Source: an uncultured Actinomycetes bacterium
Lineage (GTDB): Bacteria > Actinomycetota > Thermoleophilia > RBG-16-64-13
NCBI GenBank assembly: GCA_963706025.1
Contig: CAVPLM010000003.1
Location: forward strand, 288,001-352,000
DNA length: 64,000 nt
Reading direction: 5' to 3'
Of the stretch, positions 1 through 10,710 are shown one piece after another (within the stretch, counting starts at the first letter, position 1; each line of letters starts with the position of its first letter). Under the pieces are notes generated by a model, which worked only from the letters and a program-made list of their open reading frames with translations, was not told where the DNA came from and did no database searches. The translations under genes and the position numbers were made by a program.

Positions 1-76
1 GCCGGCCCGGTCTTCAAAACCGGTGTTGGGCGGTAGTCCCGTCCAGGGTGGGTTCGATTCCCATGCCGCTCCGCCA
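1..76 (+). tRNA. selC: tRNA-Sec (UCA anticodon), 5' end lies outside the window
   Basis: Anticodon arm CCGGT-CTTCAAA-ACCGG, long variable arm (TGGGCGG..CCCGTCCA), T-loop GTTCGATTC, encoded 3' CCGCCA ending at 76. Confidence 0.93.
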
Positions 77-160
77 ACTCCCTGGTCATCGGCGTACCAG
101 CTTGATAATGTCGCTCACACGACCATTTCTCTTACCCGATAGCCAATAAAGGAGGACGGT

Positions 161-391
161 ATGCAGCTGACATTGGGCGACGACGAGGCCCAAGTACTTG
201 CAGAGACGGTCAAGGGTCGCATAAACGCGCTGCTCATGAGCATAGCCAGGGCGGATTCACGTTCCTACAAGGACCAGCTCATCGCGGAAGGCAGTCTTCT
301 CGAAGGCATCTACGAGAAGCTCGGATGCGCGCACGACGAGTGGAGCGAAGCCAAGAGCTGCGGCTTCGAGGCGGCGAAAAAAGCGGAATAG
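161..391 (+). CDS. Small hypothetical protein (76 aa)
   Basis: Strong RBS AAAGGAGG before the ATG; protein-like composition. Confidence 0.65.
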   Translation: MQLTLGDDEAQVLAETVKGRINALLMSIARADSRSYKDQLIAEGSLLEGIYEKLGCAHDEWSEAKSCGFEAAKKAE

Positions 392-460
392 GCTTCGCTG
401 GCTCAGTTGTCGAGCCCGCCTCCAGTGGGAGGGCGGCGTTACTCTACGAGGACGGAACGA

Positions 461-817
461 GTGCGGGCCATCACGTTTCACTACAGTATGCCGCGGTGCG
501 CATGCGCCCGGCTGGCGGGACTTGTGACGCCGCGTGCTTATGTGGGCCGCTTGGCCCCCACGCAGCTGGAGGACATCCCTCAGACCTCTCTGCCCGCCGA
601 GGACTGGGTGCTTCTGCGCGTTATCAGGTGCGGCATCTGCGGCAGCGACGTCAAGCAGGTGTTCATGGAGGCCCACTTCGACAACCCCCTCACCTCCCTC
701 ATCAGTTTCCCTCAGGTGTTGGGGCACGAGGCCGTGGGGGTGATCGAGCAAGTAGGTCCAGGCGTGAGGCGGCGGCAGGTGGCTGAGCGGGTCGTCCTCA
801 ACCCATGGCTGGCCTGC
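461..817 (+). pseudogene. N-terminal fragment of a Zn-dependent alcohol dehydrogenase (MDR)
   Basis: CGICGSD and LGHEAVG Zn motifs; similarity stops at LNPWLAC; no Rossmann domain follows. Confidence 0.8.
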
Positions 818-951
818 ACAGCGGACGGGGTGGTCGGGCGGGAATCCTCGCTCTCAGACCTCTTAGGACGGGCCGCCAGGGCTGGGTTGGCGGCCTCGCC
901 TTCTGGGTAACTTTGGCTTGATTCAGTAGCGAATCCAGCAAGGAGCGGCCC

Positions 952-3117
952 GTGGCCGGACTTGCCCGGTGGTGCTACCGGCACCGCGTCATCGTCGTTG
1001 TCGCCTGGCTGGTAGTTCTCGTGTCCGTCATCGGCATCGCACGAGCGGTCGGCAGTGCCTACACCGACTCCTTCAGCTTGCCCGGAACCGAGTCCTCGCG
1101 TGGCCTTCAGCTCCTCCGTTCCGAACTTCCCCAGCAATCGAGCGACTCCGGCACGATCGTCTGGCACACCCCGGATGCCTCCGTGAACGACCCGGCGGTC
1201 AAGGCGAGCATCCAATCTCTGCTCGAGCAAGTCGCGGCAGCGTCGTCGGTCGCCTCAGTGAATGGCCCCTACGATCCGGCGGGGGCAGGACAGATCAGCA
1301 AGGACGCCAAGACCGCCTACGCGACCGTGACGTTTGTCGGACGGGGTTCGTCGCTGCCCAAGCAGGACGTTCTTCACGTTGTAGACCTCGTTCGCGCTGC
1401 CCGTGCCCCAGGCCTGCAGGTCGAGGCGGGTGGCCACGCCATCGAGCACGCCACCGAGGGCTCTCTGTCGAGCAGCATGGCCGTCGGGCTGATCGCGGCC
1501 GCCGTGATCATTCTGGTCGCTTTCGGCTCGTTCTTCGGCATGCTGCTGCCGCTCATCACGGCCGGGGTAGCGCTCGGCATGACGATATTCGGCATCGAAC
1601 TGGTCTCCCATGCGGTCGGGATCAACTCCGTCGCTCCAACCATGGCCATCGTCATCGGGCTGGGTGTGGGCATCGACTACGCGCTCTTCATAGTCACCAG
1701 GTACCGTCACGGTCTCAAGATCGGGATGCCGCCAGAAGGGGCGGCCATGGAAGCGCTGAATACGGCCGGCCGCGCAGTGCTTGTCGCCGGCGGAACGGTC
1801 TGCATCGCACTACTAGGCCTGCTGGTGCTCCGCATGAGCTTGCTCGACGGCCTGGCCTACTCATCGGTCTTTGCTGTGGCGCTCACCATGGCTACCGCCA
1901 TCACGCTCTTGCCTGCGCTCCTGGGCTTCATGGGCCCGCGGGTGCTCAGTCGTCGCGAGCGAGCACGACTGGCCAAGACGGGACCGCAGGAAGGCCACGG
2001 GGGCGGCTTCTGGCCACGCCTGGGAGGCTTTGTCTCCCGCCGCCCCGTGATCCTCGCGGTGAGCGCATCGATCCTGATGCTCGTTCTCGCCAGCCCCTTC
2101 CTTTCGCTGCGGCTGGGCCTGTCCGACGCCGGGAACGACCCTGCCTCCTCGACCACGCGCAAGGCTTACGACCTGCTGACCCAGGGCTTCGGCCCGGGCT
2201 TCAACGGTCCGCTGCTCCTGGTGGCGCAGTTGGGTTCGTCGGCCGACGCGGCCGCGCTTGAACGATTGACCCAGGCCCTCGAGGGCGAGGACGGCGTGGC
2301 TGCCGTCGTCCCCTTTCCCACCCAGCCGGGGGCGAAGGTGGCTATCGTCCAGCTCATCCCCACGACTTCATCTCAGGACGCGCGCACCGGTGACCTGATA
2401 ACCCGTCTACGGAGCGACGTGATCCCGGCAGCCGAAAAGGGGAGCGATCTCCAGGTGCTCGTCAGTGGAGGCCCAGCGATCGCTCACGACTTCGCCGCCG
2501 CCGTCACCTCCAAACTGCCGCTCTTCGTCGGCGTCATCGTCGCGCTCGGTTTCCTTCTCCTGTTCGTCGCCTTCCGTAGCTTCGTGGTCCCCGCTACCGC
2601 CGCTCTTATGAATCTCCTCGCGGCCGCGGCCGCGTTCGGCGTCGTCATCGCCTTCTTTCAGTTCGGCTGGGGATCGGACCGACTGGGGCTGGGGCGGGCC
2701 GGGCCGCTGGAGGCGTTTCTGCCGGTGATCATGTTGGCCGTGCTTTTCGGCCTCTCCATGGACTATCAGGTGTTCCTCGTGAGCCGCATACACGAAGAGT
2801 GGGTCCATACGCACGACAACCGCCGTTCGGTCATCGCAGGGCAGGCCGCCACAGGACGCGTGATAACCGCGGCGGCCGCCATCATGATCTGTGTCTTTGT
2901 GGCTTTTGTCCTGGGCGGCCAGCGGGTCATCGCCGAGTTTGGCGTCGGACTCGCCGCCGCCGTTCTTCTCGACGCCTTCGTATTGCGGACCTTTCTCGTG
3001 CCGTCCCTGATGCATCTTTTCGGCAAAGCGAACTGGTGGCTTCCCCGCTCGGTCGATCGTCGCCTGCCCCATCTAGCAGTGGAGCCGGCCGAGGACACGA
3101 GGAAACACGAGAGATGA
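952..3117 (+). CDS. MMPL family (RND superfamily) transporter
   Basis: Two membrane repeats with GVGIDYALF and GLSMDYQVFL, plus the GPGFNGP motif. Confidence 0.93.
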   Translation: MAGLARWCYRHRVIVVVAWLVVLVSVIGIARAVGSAYTDSFSLPGTESSRGLQLLRSELPQQSSDSGTIVWHTPDASVNDPAVKASIQSLLEQVAAASSVASVNGPYDPAGAGQISKDAKTAYATVTFVGRGSSLPKQDVLHVVDLVRAARAPGLQVEAGGHAIEHATEGSLSSSMAVGLIAAAVIILVAFGSFFGMLLPLITAGVALGMTIFGIELVSHAVGINSVAPTMAIVIGLGVGIDYALFIVTRYRHGLKIGMPPEGAAMEALNTAGRAVLVAGGTVCIALLGLLVLRMSLLDGLAYSSVFAVALTMATAITLLPALLGFMGPRVLSRRERARLAKTGPQEGHGGGFWPRLGGFVSRRPVILAVSASILMLVLASPFLSLRLGLSDAGNDPASSTTRKAYDLLTQGFGPGFNGPLLLVAQLGSSADAAALERLTQALEGEDGVAAVVPFPTQPGAKVAIVQLIPTTSSQDARTGDLITRLRSDVIPAAEKGSDLQVLVSGGPAIAHDFAAAVTSKLPLFVGVIVALGFLLLFVAFRSFVVPATAALMNLLAAAAAFGVVIAFFQFGWGSDRLGLGRAGPLEAFLPVIMLAVLFGLSMDYQVFLVSRIHEEWVHTHDNRRSVIAGQAATGRVITAAAAIMICVFVAFVLGGQRVIAEFGVGLAAAVLLDAFVLRTFLVPSLMHLFGKANWWLPRSVDRRLPHLAVEPAEDTRKHER

Positions 3118-3155
3118 CGTTCGCCTCAGCTTCGGCCTGCCAAAGGGGACGATCT

Positions 3156-3199
3156 GGTAGTCCCGTCCAGGGTGGGTTCGATTCCCATGCCGCTCCGCC
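3156..3199 (+). repeat. 44-bp copy of the tRNA-Sec 3' end (att-like site)
   Basis: GGTAGTCCCGTCCAGGGTGGGTTCGATTCCCATGCCGCTCCGCC, identical to 32-75. Confidence 0.95.
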
Positions 3200-3297
3200 G
3201 GGCCATTTGCGGGGATTTCTGCTTCCGCCGCCGGGTGCCAGAAGGACAAGAGCTGACTGTATGCGGCGGATTTGTCGTCATTTTGACGTGATTGAAT

Positions 3298-3321
3298 CAC
3301 ATTCACATTCACATTCACATT
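3298..3321 (+). repeat. Tandem hexamer (CACATT)x4
   Basis: Read directly from the sequence, between the att copy and the integrase stump. Confidence 0.9.
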
Positions 3322-3331
3322 CGGAAGTCAG

Positions 3332-3448
3332 CTATTTGGCTGTCGGACCGAGCTGCGCAAACGCCTTCTTCATCACTTCATCCAGCACAGTCGCAGTAAG
3401 CCTGTCCTGGCCTTCAAGAATGTGTCCGTACAGGTCTGCAGTAATCGA
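3332..3448 (-). pseudogene. C-terminal remnant of a tyrosine recombinase/integrase
   Basis: Manual translation SITADLYGHILEGQDRLTATVLDEVMKKAFAQLGPTAK* fits the ITxDxYxH catalytic-Tyr box; too short for the ORF track. Confidence 0.78.
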
Positions 3449-3621
3449 CCCGCGAGGAGGTGACACGGTTGACTCCTTGTCTCTAAGCGAGCTCGAACAA
3501 CTCTGCTCCCTCTCCCCGCCCGGGCGAGATAGTAAGATGGAAGGAGGAGCACGCGATTCCTCCGCGAGAAAGGAGATTCCTCAAGCGCGGAAGAGGTATA
3601 GGTGGCCCGGGCCGCCGAGCG

Positions 3622-3794
3622 ATGAGGCGACGTGTCCGACGCAAAGTTCGACGGAGACGATCCTCGTCGGTGGAGCCGTGGTCCTGGCGGCCAGCGCCGG
3701 ATCCAAGGCCGTCAAACTGAGCCAGCAGGATGCCCAGAAGATCGAAGAAGCGACCGGCATGCCCCCGGAGGACGAAGCGGCGCTCGCCGAATAG
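3622..3794 (+). pseudogene. Small hypothetical membrane-anchored protein, frameshifted and probably internally deleted
   Basis: MRRRVRRKVRRR, then in another frame ILVGGAVVLAA..KLSQQDAQKIEEATGMPPED. Confidence 0.4.
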
Positions 3795-3839
3795 CGGGGC
3801 GACACCGAGGGCGATAGGCTCGATCCTGGTTGCCGATAC

Positions 3840-5363
3840 TTGGCCGAGGTTGGGCGGGGCCCTCTTCCAACGAAGCGGAGGTGCGGAGTGAACGGAAAGA
3901 AGACTCAGAACCAGCCCAAGGTTTCGATGGGAGAAATAGCAGCCGAGGTGATCCAGGCCGCGCCCCCCAAGGTCGAGCACTTCACGGCCGAGGCGCGCGC
4001 GTCGATGGGGAAGGCGGCCCGTCAGCGGGCGCCCCTTGACAGCCACGCCGGGTGGACCCCTTCGAAGTACCGGGTCGACCCTATCTCCCTGCTCGAAGAG
4101 CAGGCCGAGACTCGGTTGCCCGAGCTGGTGCCCATCCGCTACGGCCGGATGATGGTATCGCCCTTCACGTTCTACCGAGGCGCGGCCTACATCATGGCTT
4201 CCGACCTAGCTTCTACTCCCCGTTCGGGCCTTCGGGTGCAGGCCTGCGGCGACGCCCACCTCATGAACTTCGGCGTGTTCGCGTCTCCCGAACGGGAACT
4301 CATGTTCGATATGAACGACTTCGACGAGACCCTTCCCGCCGCATGGGAGTGGGACGTGAAGCGCCTGGCGGCCAGCTTCGTAGTGGCGGCAAGGGACCGC
4401 GGCTTCGACACCAAACTGCGGCGCACGATCGTGCTCGTTGCGGTCCGCAGCTACCGGGAGGCCATGCGCAGTTTCGCTGCCATGAAGAACCTCGAGGTCT
4501 GGTACTCCAAGCTGGATATGAACTCGGTAGTGACGCGCTTGCGCGAAAACGTCGACCCGAAGATGGCGGCCCGACTCGAGGCCCAGCTGGACAAGATCCG
4601 CGGCAAGAACAACCTGCGCGCCTTTGAGAAGCTGACTATCGCCACCGACGGTGAGCCCCGCATCGTAAGCGATCCCCCGCTGCTCGTCCCCCTTGCGGAG
4701 CTCATGCCCGATCTGCAGCGAGACGAATTCATTCAGCTTATCCGCGCCGTGCTCCGTTCCTACCGCCGCACACTGCAGGGGGATCGACGCCGCCTACTCG
4801 AGAGCTACCGCGTGGTGGACGCGGCGCGCAAGGTGGTCGGTGTCGGGAGCGTTGGCACCCGCGCGAACGTGGGCCTCTTGCTCGGCCGGGATGACCAAGA
4901 CCCTCTCTTCTTGCAGATGAAAGAAGCCCAGGACTCGGTCCTTGCCCCCTTCGCAGGCAAGAGCCTTCACTCAAACCAGGGTCAGCGCGTGGTCGAAGGC
5001 CAGCGTCTCATGCAGGCGACCAGCGACATCTTTCTCGGCTGGGTACGGCAGATCGGGATGGACGGGAAGCAGCACGACTACTACGTCCGCCAGTTGTGGG
5101 ACGCCAAGGGCTCGGCCGACCCGGCGGTCATGTTGCCGAAGGGCTTCGAGGTCTATGCGCGCGTGTGCGGCTGGACGCTCGCCCGAGCCCATGCCCGCTC
5201 GGGGGACAGAATCGCTATTGGGGCGTACCTAGGCAAGAAGGACACCTTCGACCAGGCCGTCGCCGACTTCTCCGAGGCTTACGCCGACCAGAACGAGGCC
5301 GACTACCAGAGCCTCGTCGAGGCCGTGCGTAGCGGTCGGATCATCGCCCAGGAAGGGGTGTAG
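3840..5363 (+). CDS. DUF2252 domain protein
   Basis: SPFTFYRG, CGDAHLMNFG, DMNDFDE, KVVGVGSVG and LARAHARSGD motifs; the true start may be slightly downstream. Confidence 0.92.
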   Translation: MAEVGRGPLPTKRRCGVNGKKTQNQPKVSMGEIAAEVIQAAPPKVEHFTAEARASMGKAARQRAPLDSHAGWTPSKYRVDPISLLEEQAETRLPELVPIRYGRMMVSPFTFYRGAAYIMASDLASTPRSGLRVQACGDAHLMNFGVFASPERELMFDMNDFDETLPAAWEWDVKRLAASFVVAARDRGFDTKLRRTIVLVAVRSYREAMRSFAAMKNLEVWYSKLDMNSVVTRLRENVDPKMAARLEAQLDKIRGKNNLRAFEKLTIATDGEPRIVSDPPLLVPLAELMPDLQRDEFIQLIRAVLRSYRRTLQGDRRRLLESYRVVDAARKVVGVGSVGTRANVGLLLGRDDQDPLFLQMKEAQDSVLAPFAGKSLHSNQGQRVVEGQRLMQATSDIFLGWVRQIGMDGKQHDYYVRQLWDAKGSADPAVMLPKGFEVYARVCGWTLARAHARSGDRIAIGAYLGKKDTFDQAVADFSEAYADQNEADYQSLVEAVRSGRIIAQEGV

Positions 5364-5560
5364 CCGACGGACCAACCGACTGCGAACCCTTGGCCAACTG
5401 TGCCCCGAGGGTCGCAGGCGTTATGCCGACAGGAGAGCGGCGGCGGCCTACGCTGAGGCCGAGCTGCCGCCACGAGGGAGCCTTTCGCGCATGGCCTGCG
5501 TCAGATAACCTGTTCGAGGGGGAGCCCTGCTAGGCAGGGCTGAGACCAGGGGGACCGGCG

Positions 5561-6205
5561 ATGAGGGGAACCAGAACTGGTAGCCCAGCACTGCTGCTCG
5601 TCATCGGCATCTCACTTCTTACGATGCTTTTTCTCTTCGGCTGCGGATCCGGCGGTTCAGAAAGGTTGGGAACTGCCTCCACCGTAACCACGTCCGGAGT
5701 GCCGTCTACCTCCTCTTCGCCCTCCCCGACCTCGACCTCACTCTCAGAGGCCCCGCCCCTACCAGATGTCATGCCGGCCGATTTCGGCTTCGTGGCCGCC
5801 TACGGAGTGACAGCCAAGAATGTGCTCGACACCTTCGCCGGGACCTTCACCAAGGACATCATCAGCCCCAAACCAAACCCGACGGCGGAACTTCGCTTGA
5901 CCCCAGAGGAGCTCGCCACCCTTTACCAGGACCTCGTCGATATGGGCATCCTCGACTACCCGTCTGTATTTCGGCCTGAGCTGGAGAACCAGTCGGGCAC
6001 CATGATGATGGTGCAGCCCTATAAGACCTACCTGCTGACGATCCGGGCGGGCGGCAACGAGAAGCACATTTCCTGGGAGGACGCCAACCAGATGAGCACC
6101 CCGAGGGCGGAAGCCCTGCGCGACTGGTTCACGAAGCTCCAGCAACTGATCGAGGCCACGCCTGAGTACCAGGCCATGCCGCCGGCGGAGGGTGGTTACC
6201 TGTAG
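5561..6205 (+). CDS. Hypothetical lipoprotein with a Ser/Thr-rich linker
   Basis: Signal peptide ending LFGC, S/T-rich tether, then a globular domain. Confidence 0.75.
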   Translation: MRGTRTGSPALLLVIGISLLTMLFLFGCGSGGSERLGTASTVTTSGVPSTSSSPSPTSTSLSEAPPLPDVMPADFGFVAAYGVTAKNVLDTFAGTFTKDIISPKPNPTAELRLTPEELATLYQDLVDMGILDYPSVFRPELENQSGTMMMVQPYKTYLLTIRAGGNEKHISWEDANQMSTPRAEALRDWFTKLQQLIEATPEYQAMPPAEGGYL

Positions 6206-6434
6206 CTGCTGGGTGCGGCGGAGTATTTCGGCGACGTGGACGGCTATCTCTACGCGTGAAGTAGGTTCAGCTCTGCCTGATTACCGGCGGAAGCTGCGGC
6301 CGTGGCAAAGGGAGGGCCTGTGGCGGTCCCGGACGATGCCCCCACCTGGCCCTCGCCTCCCGGAAGTGACACCCGCCCCGCCGGACTCGCTGGATCAGCG
6401 GCTACTTCCGCCCTCCGTTTGCAGCCGTGCAGTT

Positions 6435-6941
6435 CTACGCTGGAGGTTCTTCGCCAGCCGGCTGGAGCGTCTTCTCGATCTTGGTCAGGTCGTAGCCCTT
6501 GTCGGCGATGAGCTTGAGGAGGTCCCCGTACAGCACGTCATCCATCTGGGGCGTGCGGCTCAGTATCCAGAGATAGTTCCGGCCTGGATGTCCGACGATC
6601 GCCCATCGGTAGTCCTCATCGAGCCCGATGATCCAGTAGCTCCCCCAGAAGGGCCAGAAGAAGGTGACCTTGAGCTTGGCGTTGGTTGTCCTATCGACGA
6701 CCCGGGCCTTGCCGCTCGCCTTGCGGATCTTCCCGTCCAGCGTTCCCTCCAGGCAGGTGTTGACCACCTGGATATCCCCATCTTTGCGGAGCGAGTACTC
6801 GGCCGTCGATCCGACACACCCCTTCTGAAAGCGTTGCGGGATGGCCGCGATCTCGTACCAGGTCCCGAGGTATCTCTGCAGGTCCACATAGCGGACGGCC
6901 TCCAGCGGTTTCATCTTCTGGGCGCCCCCCGTCGACGCCAT
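6435..6941 (-). CDS. blc: Bacterial lipocalin (Blc-like)
   Basis: YLGTWYEIA, LKVTFFWPF and YLWILSRTP motifs; no signal peptide visible. Confidence 0.9.
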   Translation of the reverse strand: MASTGGAQKMKPLEAVRYVDLQRYLGTWYEIAAIPQRFQKGCVGSTAEYSLRKDGDIQVVNTCLEGTLDGKIRKASGKARVVDRTTNAKLKVTFFWPFWGSYWIIGLDEDYRWAIVGHPGRNYLWILSRTPQMDDVLYGDLLKLIADKGYDLTKIEKTLQPAGEEPPA

Positions 6942-6942
6942 C

Positions 6943-7833
6943 TCAGGCCCGAACCTCGGCCGATCCCTGGATCAACGCCACAATGGCCTCTACCATGTCT
7001 TCGGGGGTGCGCCCGACAGCGACTCCGGCCTCTTCCAAAGCCTTGATCTTCTCTGCAGCGGTGCCGTAGCCACCGGAGACGATGGCCCCGGCGTGTCCCA
7101 TCCGTTTGCCCGCAGGCGCCGTCTTGCCCGCGACGAAAGCGACCACCGGCTTCGTGAACTCTCTGGCGATGAAGCCGGCCGCTTCCTCCTCGTCCGTCCC
7201 GCCGATCTCCCCTATGAGGGCGACGACCCTGGTCTCGGGGTCTTTCTCGAACAAAGTAAGGATCTCGACGAAAGACGATCCGACGATGGGATCGCCGCCG
7301 ATACCGACGGAGGTGGACTGGCCGATCCCTCGTTTGGTGAGCTCGCTCACCAATTCGTAGGAGAGGGTGCCGCTTCTGGAGACCACACCCACCGGACCGG
7401 GGGTGTAGAAATCATACGGGGTGATCCCCACGTTTGACTGCCCAGGCGTTATCAGCCCGGGACAGTTGGGACCGAGGAGAAGGCAGCCCTTCAGTCGCGC
7501 GTAGTGATAGGCCTTGACCACGTCCAGGGCGGGTATGCCCTCCGTTATGCAGACGACCAGATGAATGCCGGCGTCGACCGCCTCCACGATGGCATCCACG
7601 GCAAACGCGGCCGGCACGAAGATGGTCGAGGTGGTAGCACCGGTGGCTGCGACAGCCTCACTGACGGAATCGAAGACCGGGATCCCTGCGACGTTCTCCC
7701 CGCCCCGAAGCGGCGTCACCCCGGCGACAACCTTGGTGCCGCACGCGAGCATCTGACGGGCCTGGAAGGCGCCTTCTCGCCCGGTGATGCCCTGGACAAG
7801 GACGCGCGTGTCGGAGTCGATCAGGATGCTCAC
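6943..7833 (-). CDS. sucD: Succinate--CoA ligase alpha subunit
   Basis: [21 protein letters not shown] and the MGHAGA phospho-His motif. Confidence 0.95.
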   Translation of the reverse strand: MSILIDSDTRVLVQGITGREGAFQARQMLACGTKVVAGVTPLRGGENVAGIPVFDSVSEAVAATGATTSTIFVPAAFAVDAIVEAVDAGIHLVVCITEGIPALDVVKAYHYARLKGCLLLGPNCPGLITPGQSNVGITPYDFYTPGPVGVVSRSGTLSYELVSELTKRGIGQSTSVGIGGDPIVGSSFVEILTLFEKDPETRVVALIGEIGGTDEEEAAGFIAREFTKPVVAFVAGKTAPAGKRMGHAGAIVSGGYGTAAEKIKALEEAGVAVGRTPEDMVEAIVALIQGSAEVRA

Positions 7834-8981
7834 GTGGCCGCCTTCTCGAACTGGTCGGCCAAGCGGATGGCCATCTCCGCGGCCTGCGAGGTGTTCTCGG
7901 CCAACTGCACGTTCGCCTCCTCCAGGATCCTCCTGCCTTCCTTCTCGTTCGTCCCCACGAGACGGACGACGATGGGTACGGTCGGCTGGAGCTCCGCCAG
8001 ACCGGCGACTAGGCCCTGCGCGAAGACGTCACACCGCGTGATTCCACCGAAGATATTGAAGAGGATGACGCGTACGTTTCTATCTGCGAGCACGATCCGC
8101 AGGGCTGGCGTGACCTCCGCCGCTTTGATCCCACCACCGAAATCAAGGAAATTGGCCGCCGCGCCGCCGTGGGCTTGTATCACGTCCATGGTGGCCATCG
8201 CCAGACCGGCACCGTTCACTACGCAGCCAATGGTCCCGTCCAGCCTGACATAGTTCACGCCGAACTGCCTGGCCCTTGCTTCCAGAGGCTCCTCCTCCCC
8301 CGAGTCCCGCATTTTGGCCAGTATCGGATGCCGGAAGAGAGCGTTGTCATCTATGACCATCTTGGCGTCAAGCCCCACGAGGAGCCCGTCCGTGGTCAGA
8401 GCCAAGGGGTTGATCTCTACGAGCGAGCAATCATTGTCCAGAAAGGCAGCGAGCAAAGACTTGGAGATCGAGGCGAAAGAGCGGGCCTGGTCTCCTCTCA
8501 GCCCGACACCGGTGGCCAGCTGGAGCGCCTGGTAGTCGGCCAGACCCATGAACGGATCGGCTGTGACCCGGACGATGCTGTCGGGAGAGTCCCGCGCTGC
8601 CTGCTCGATGTCGATGCCGCCTTCGCAGGCGCCCATGAGGGTCACGCCCTTCTTGGGGCGATCGAGGGTGGCGCCGAGATAGAACTCCTTGGCTACGGCG
8701 ACCGTCTCGGTCAGGAGGACTTTGCGGACCTTGTGCCCGCTGATGGTCGTCCCCAAAAGAGCCTCGGCGCACTCCAACACCTGTTCGGGCGTATCGGCCA
8801 GTGTCACCCCGCCGGCTTTGCCGCGGCCACCGAGGTGCACTTGGGCCTTCACCGCGACTCTGCCCCCGAGGCGGCGGGCTATGGCTTCAGCTTCTTGGGG
8901 AGAGTAGGCGACAGTGCCCGGCGGGAAGACCAGCCCGTAGGGGGCCAAGATCTCCCGTGCCTGGTACTCGTGGAGGTTCAT
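7830..8981 (-). CDS. sucC: Succinate--CoA ligase beta subunit
   Basis: [32 protein letters not shown] and [10 protein letters not shown]. Confidence 0.95.
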   Translation of the reverse strand: MNLHEYQAREILAPYGLVFPPGTVAYSPQEAEAIARRLGGRVAVKAQVHLGGRGKAGGVTLADTPEQVLECAEALLGTTISGHKVRKVLLTETVAVAKEFYLGATLDRPKKGVTLMGACEGGIDIEQAARDSPDSIVRVTADPFMGLADYQALQLATGVGLRGDQARSFASISKSLLAAFLDNDCSLVEINPLALTTDGLLVGLDAKMVIDDNALFRHPILAKMRDSGEEEPLEARARQFGVNYVRLDGTIGCVVNGAGLAMATMDVIQAHGGAAANFLDFGGGIKAAEVTPALRIVLADRNVRVILFNIFGGITRCDVFAQGLVAGLAELQPTVPIVVRLVGTNEKEGRRILEEANVQLAENTSQAAEMAIRLADQFEKAAT

Positions 8982-9137
8982 CCTCTAGCGAGCTCCGGTT
9001 CCAGGCTCGGAGGAGCCAATATCAGCGGCGCCGTCAGCGGCGCTGGCTACCACGGGCGTCACCTCGATCGAAGGGGCCTAGCTTTGCTTGCTTGTAGTAT
9101 AAACCACCGAGTGGCCGCGGCCACTCCCTTCCGCCGA

Positions 9138-9944
9138 TCACGAGCGGTGTCCCGCGCGTCCTGCCCAGAGACGCACGTCCGGATGCCGCTTGAAGTGCTC
9201 CACCATCTCCCTGAGGTCCGTGCCGGTCACTTTGACGCGGGGGATGTGCAAGGGGCGAAAATCCGGCGAGAACGGGGAAGGACACGGTCCACCTCCTACC
9301 TCGACCACCGCGCGGTAGTCGTACGCGGCGCCCTGGTAGGCGCCTGTGAAGATACTGTCGCTTTCCGGGTAGGCGCCGTACGGGGGCGCCAGGCTTTCCA
9401 CCTCATATCCGCCGCCGATCATGTCCTCCAGCATCACCTTCGACAGCGCCAGTTGCCTACGTGCTTCTTCGGCCGTGATCTCGTTCAACCGCAGGTGCGA
9501 GATAGTGTGGCTTCCCACCTCGTAGCCCCACTCGACCAAGTTCCTCAGCTTCTCTGACTTCTGCTCGGGTTGGCCGAAGACGACACGTTCGGAAGCCTCG
9601 GTGTCCAACAGAGGGAAGAACGTCGCGCGGGAGGCCCAGTCCCCCTCAGCCACCGCGGTCTGCATGATCCCCACTGCACACTCGGGATCTAGACTGCCGT
9701 CGGACAACAGCCGGTACTGCCCCGGGGTAGAGTCGTCGAAGGTGAGGACAACAGGGGATCTCCCGGCGGGCACGTCCACACGACCGTGGGCCAGATCGCG
9801 CAGGTTGATGGGGTAGTAGCCCTTGCTCTTGAGCAGCGCGATGTCCTCGCGGAACTCCGCCGGAGTGCGCGTCCACTCCGGCCGCGTGACATCCGCGGCG
9901 ATGATGTGGTACATGAGCACCATGATCCGGCCGGTTTCGCGCAT
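9138..9944 (-). CDS. Polysaccharide deacetylase (NodB-like) family protein; start uncertain
   Basis: VLMYH, LTFDDS, HTISH and PPYG motifs. Confidence 0.8.
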   Translation of the reverse strand: MRETGRIMVLMYHIIAADVTRPEWTRTPAEFREDIALLKSKGYYPINLRDLAHGRVDVPAGRSPVVLTFDDSTPGQYRLLSDGSLDPECAVGIMQTAVAEGDWASRATFFPLLDTEASERVVFGQPEQKSEKLRNLVEWGYEVGSHTISHLRLNEITAEEARRQLALSKVMLEDMIGGGYEVESLAPPYGAYPESDSIFTGAYQGAAYDYRAVVEVGGGPCPSPFSPDFRPLHIPRVKVTGTDLREMVEHFKRHPDVRLWAGRAGHRS

Positions 9945-10152
9945 GTCCGGGTCCGTTTCCTCGCCTGTGCTCGCCGGGTAGGTGCCGGTCCACCGCGCAT
10001 GGCCCCATCGGGAGCTGCAGCGAGCGTGGCGAGACCCTGGGTTTCGCGTAGCCCACGGAATACTCTTGAAGGCATGCTTCGGGCCGAGGCAACGCCCAGA
10101 CCGTCGCGTCGCGACGCTGTCAAGGTGATTCGCGAGGGCGCAGAAGAGGAAT

Positions 10153-10482
10153 CTAGAGCGTCGACCCGGGGCGGACGTGCACGATAGGGGAGGACCGGGG
10201 TGACTCCCCCCATTCCTCCAGGATCGCTTCGTTCGGTATGGGGAGAGGCTGAGCTCCCATGATCTGGCAACTACGCTCGTACACGCAATCCACTTCATGC
10301 CTGCAATCGCCGGTGGCAACATCAAAGGGCGCATGGCAGAAGTAGCAGCAGAGGGTCCGGAGATCCCACCACTCCATCTTGGCCACGCGCTCTACCACGT
10401 TGCGCATACGGCGCCAATCCCAGGCCAGGTTCTCCACTTCCGCGGACAGCTTCTCAACATCTCGAGGGCTAGGGCGTTCCAT
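10153..10482 (-). CDS. Cys-rich hypothetical protein
   Basis: 109-aa ORF with LCCYFCH and CRHEVDC; upstream GGAG. Confidence 0.5.
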   Translation of the reverse strand: MERPSPRDVEKLSAEVENLAWDWRRMRNVVERVAKMEWWDLRTLCCYFCHAPFDVATGDCRHEVDCVYERSCQIMGAQPLPIPNEAILEEWGESPRSSPIVHVRPGSTL

Positions 10483-10710
10483 TCCCGTTCTCCGTGGCCG
10501 AGATACTTCCAGGACGACCGATGCGTCGTTCGTCCTTGCGATTCATATCGGCAGAAATGGCCGCGAGGAAAAGACGGACGCCGAAAAGAACGGCTCAAGG
10601 CGGCCAAGACTCCATTTCGAAACGAGTTCCAAGCGGTATGGGGCGAGGGGAGTGGTGCCCGGAGACCTCTTCCTCCGCCGGAATCGTCGACGTGAGGCGG
10701 CTATTCCATA

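Larger units (their letters stand above)
32..3199. mobile_element. Small integrase-less genomic islet bounded by a tRNA-Sec 3'-end direct repeat
   Basis: Bases 32-75 are repeated exactly at 3156-3199; cargo is a small ORF, an ADH fragment and an MMPL transporter. Confidence 0.75.
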
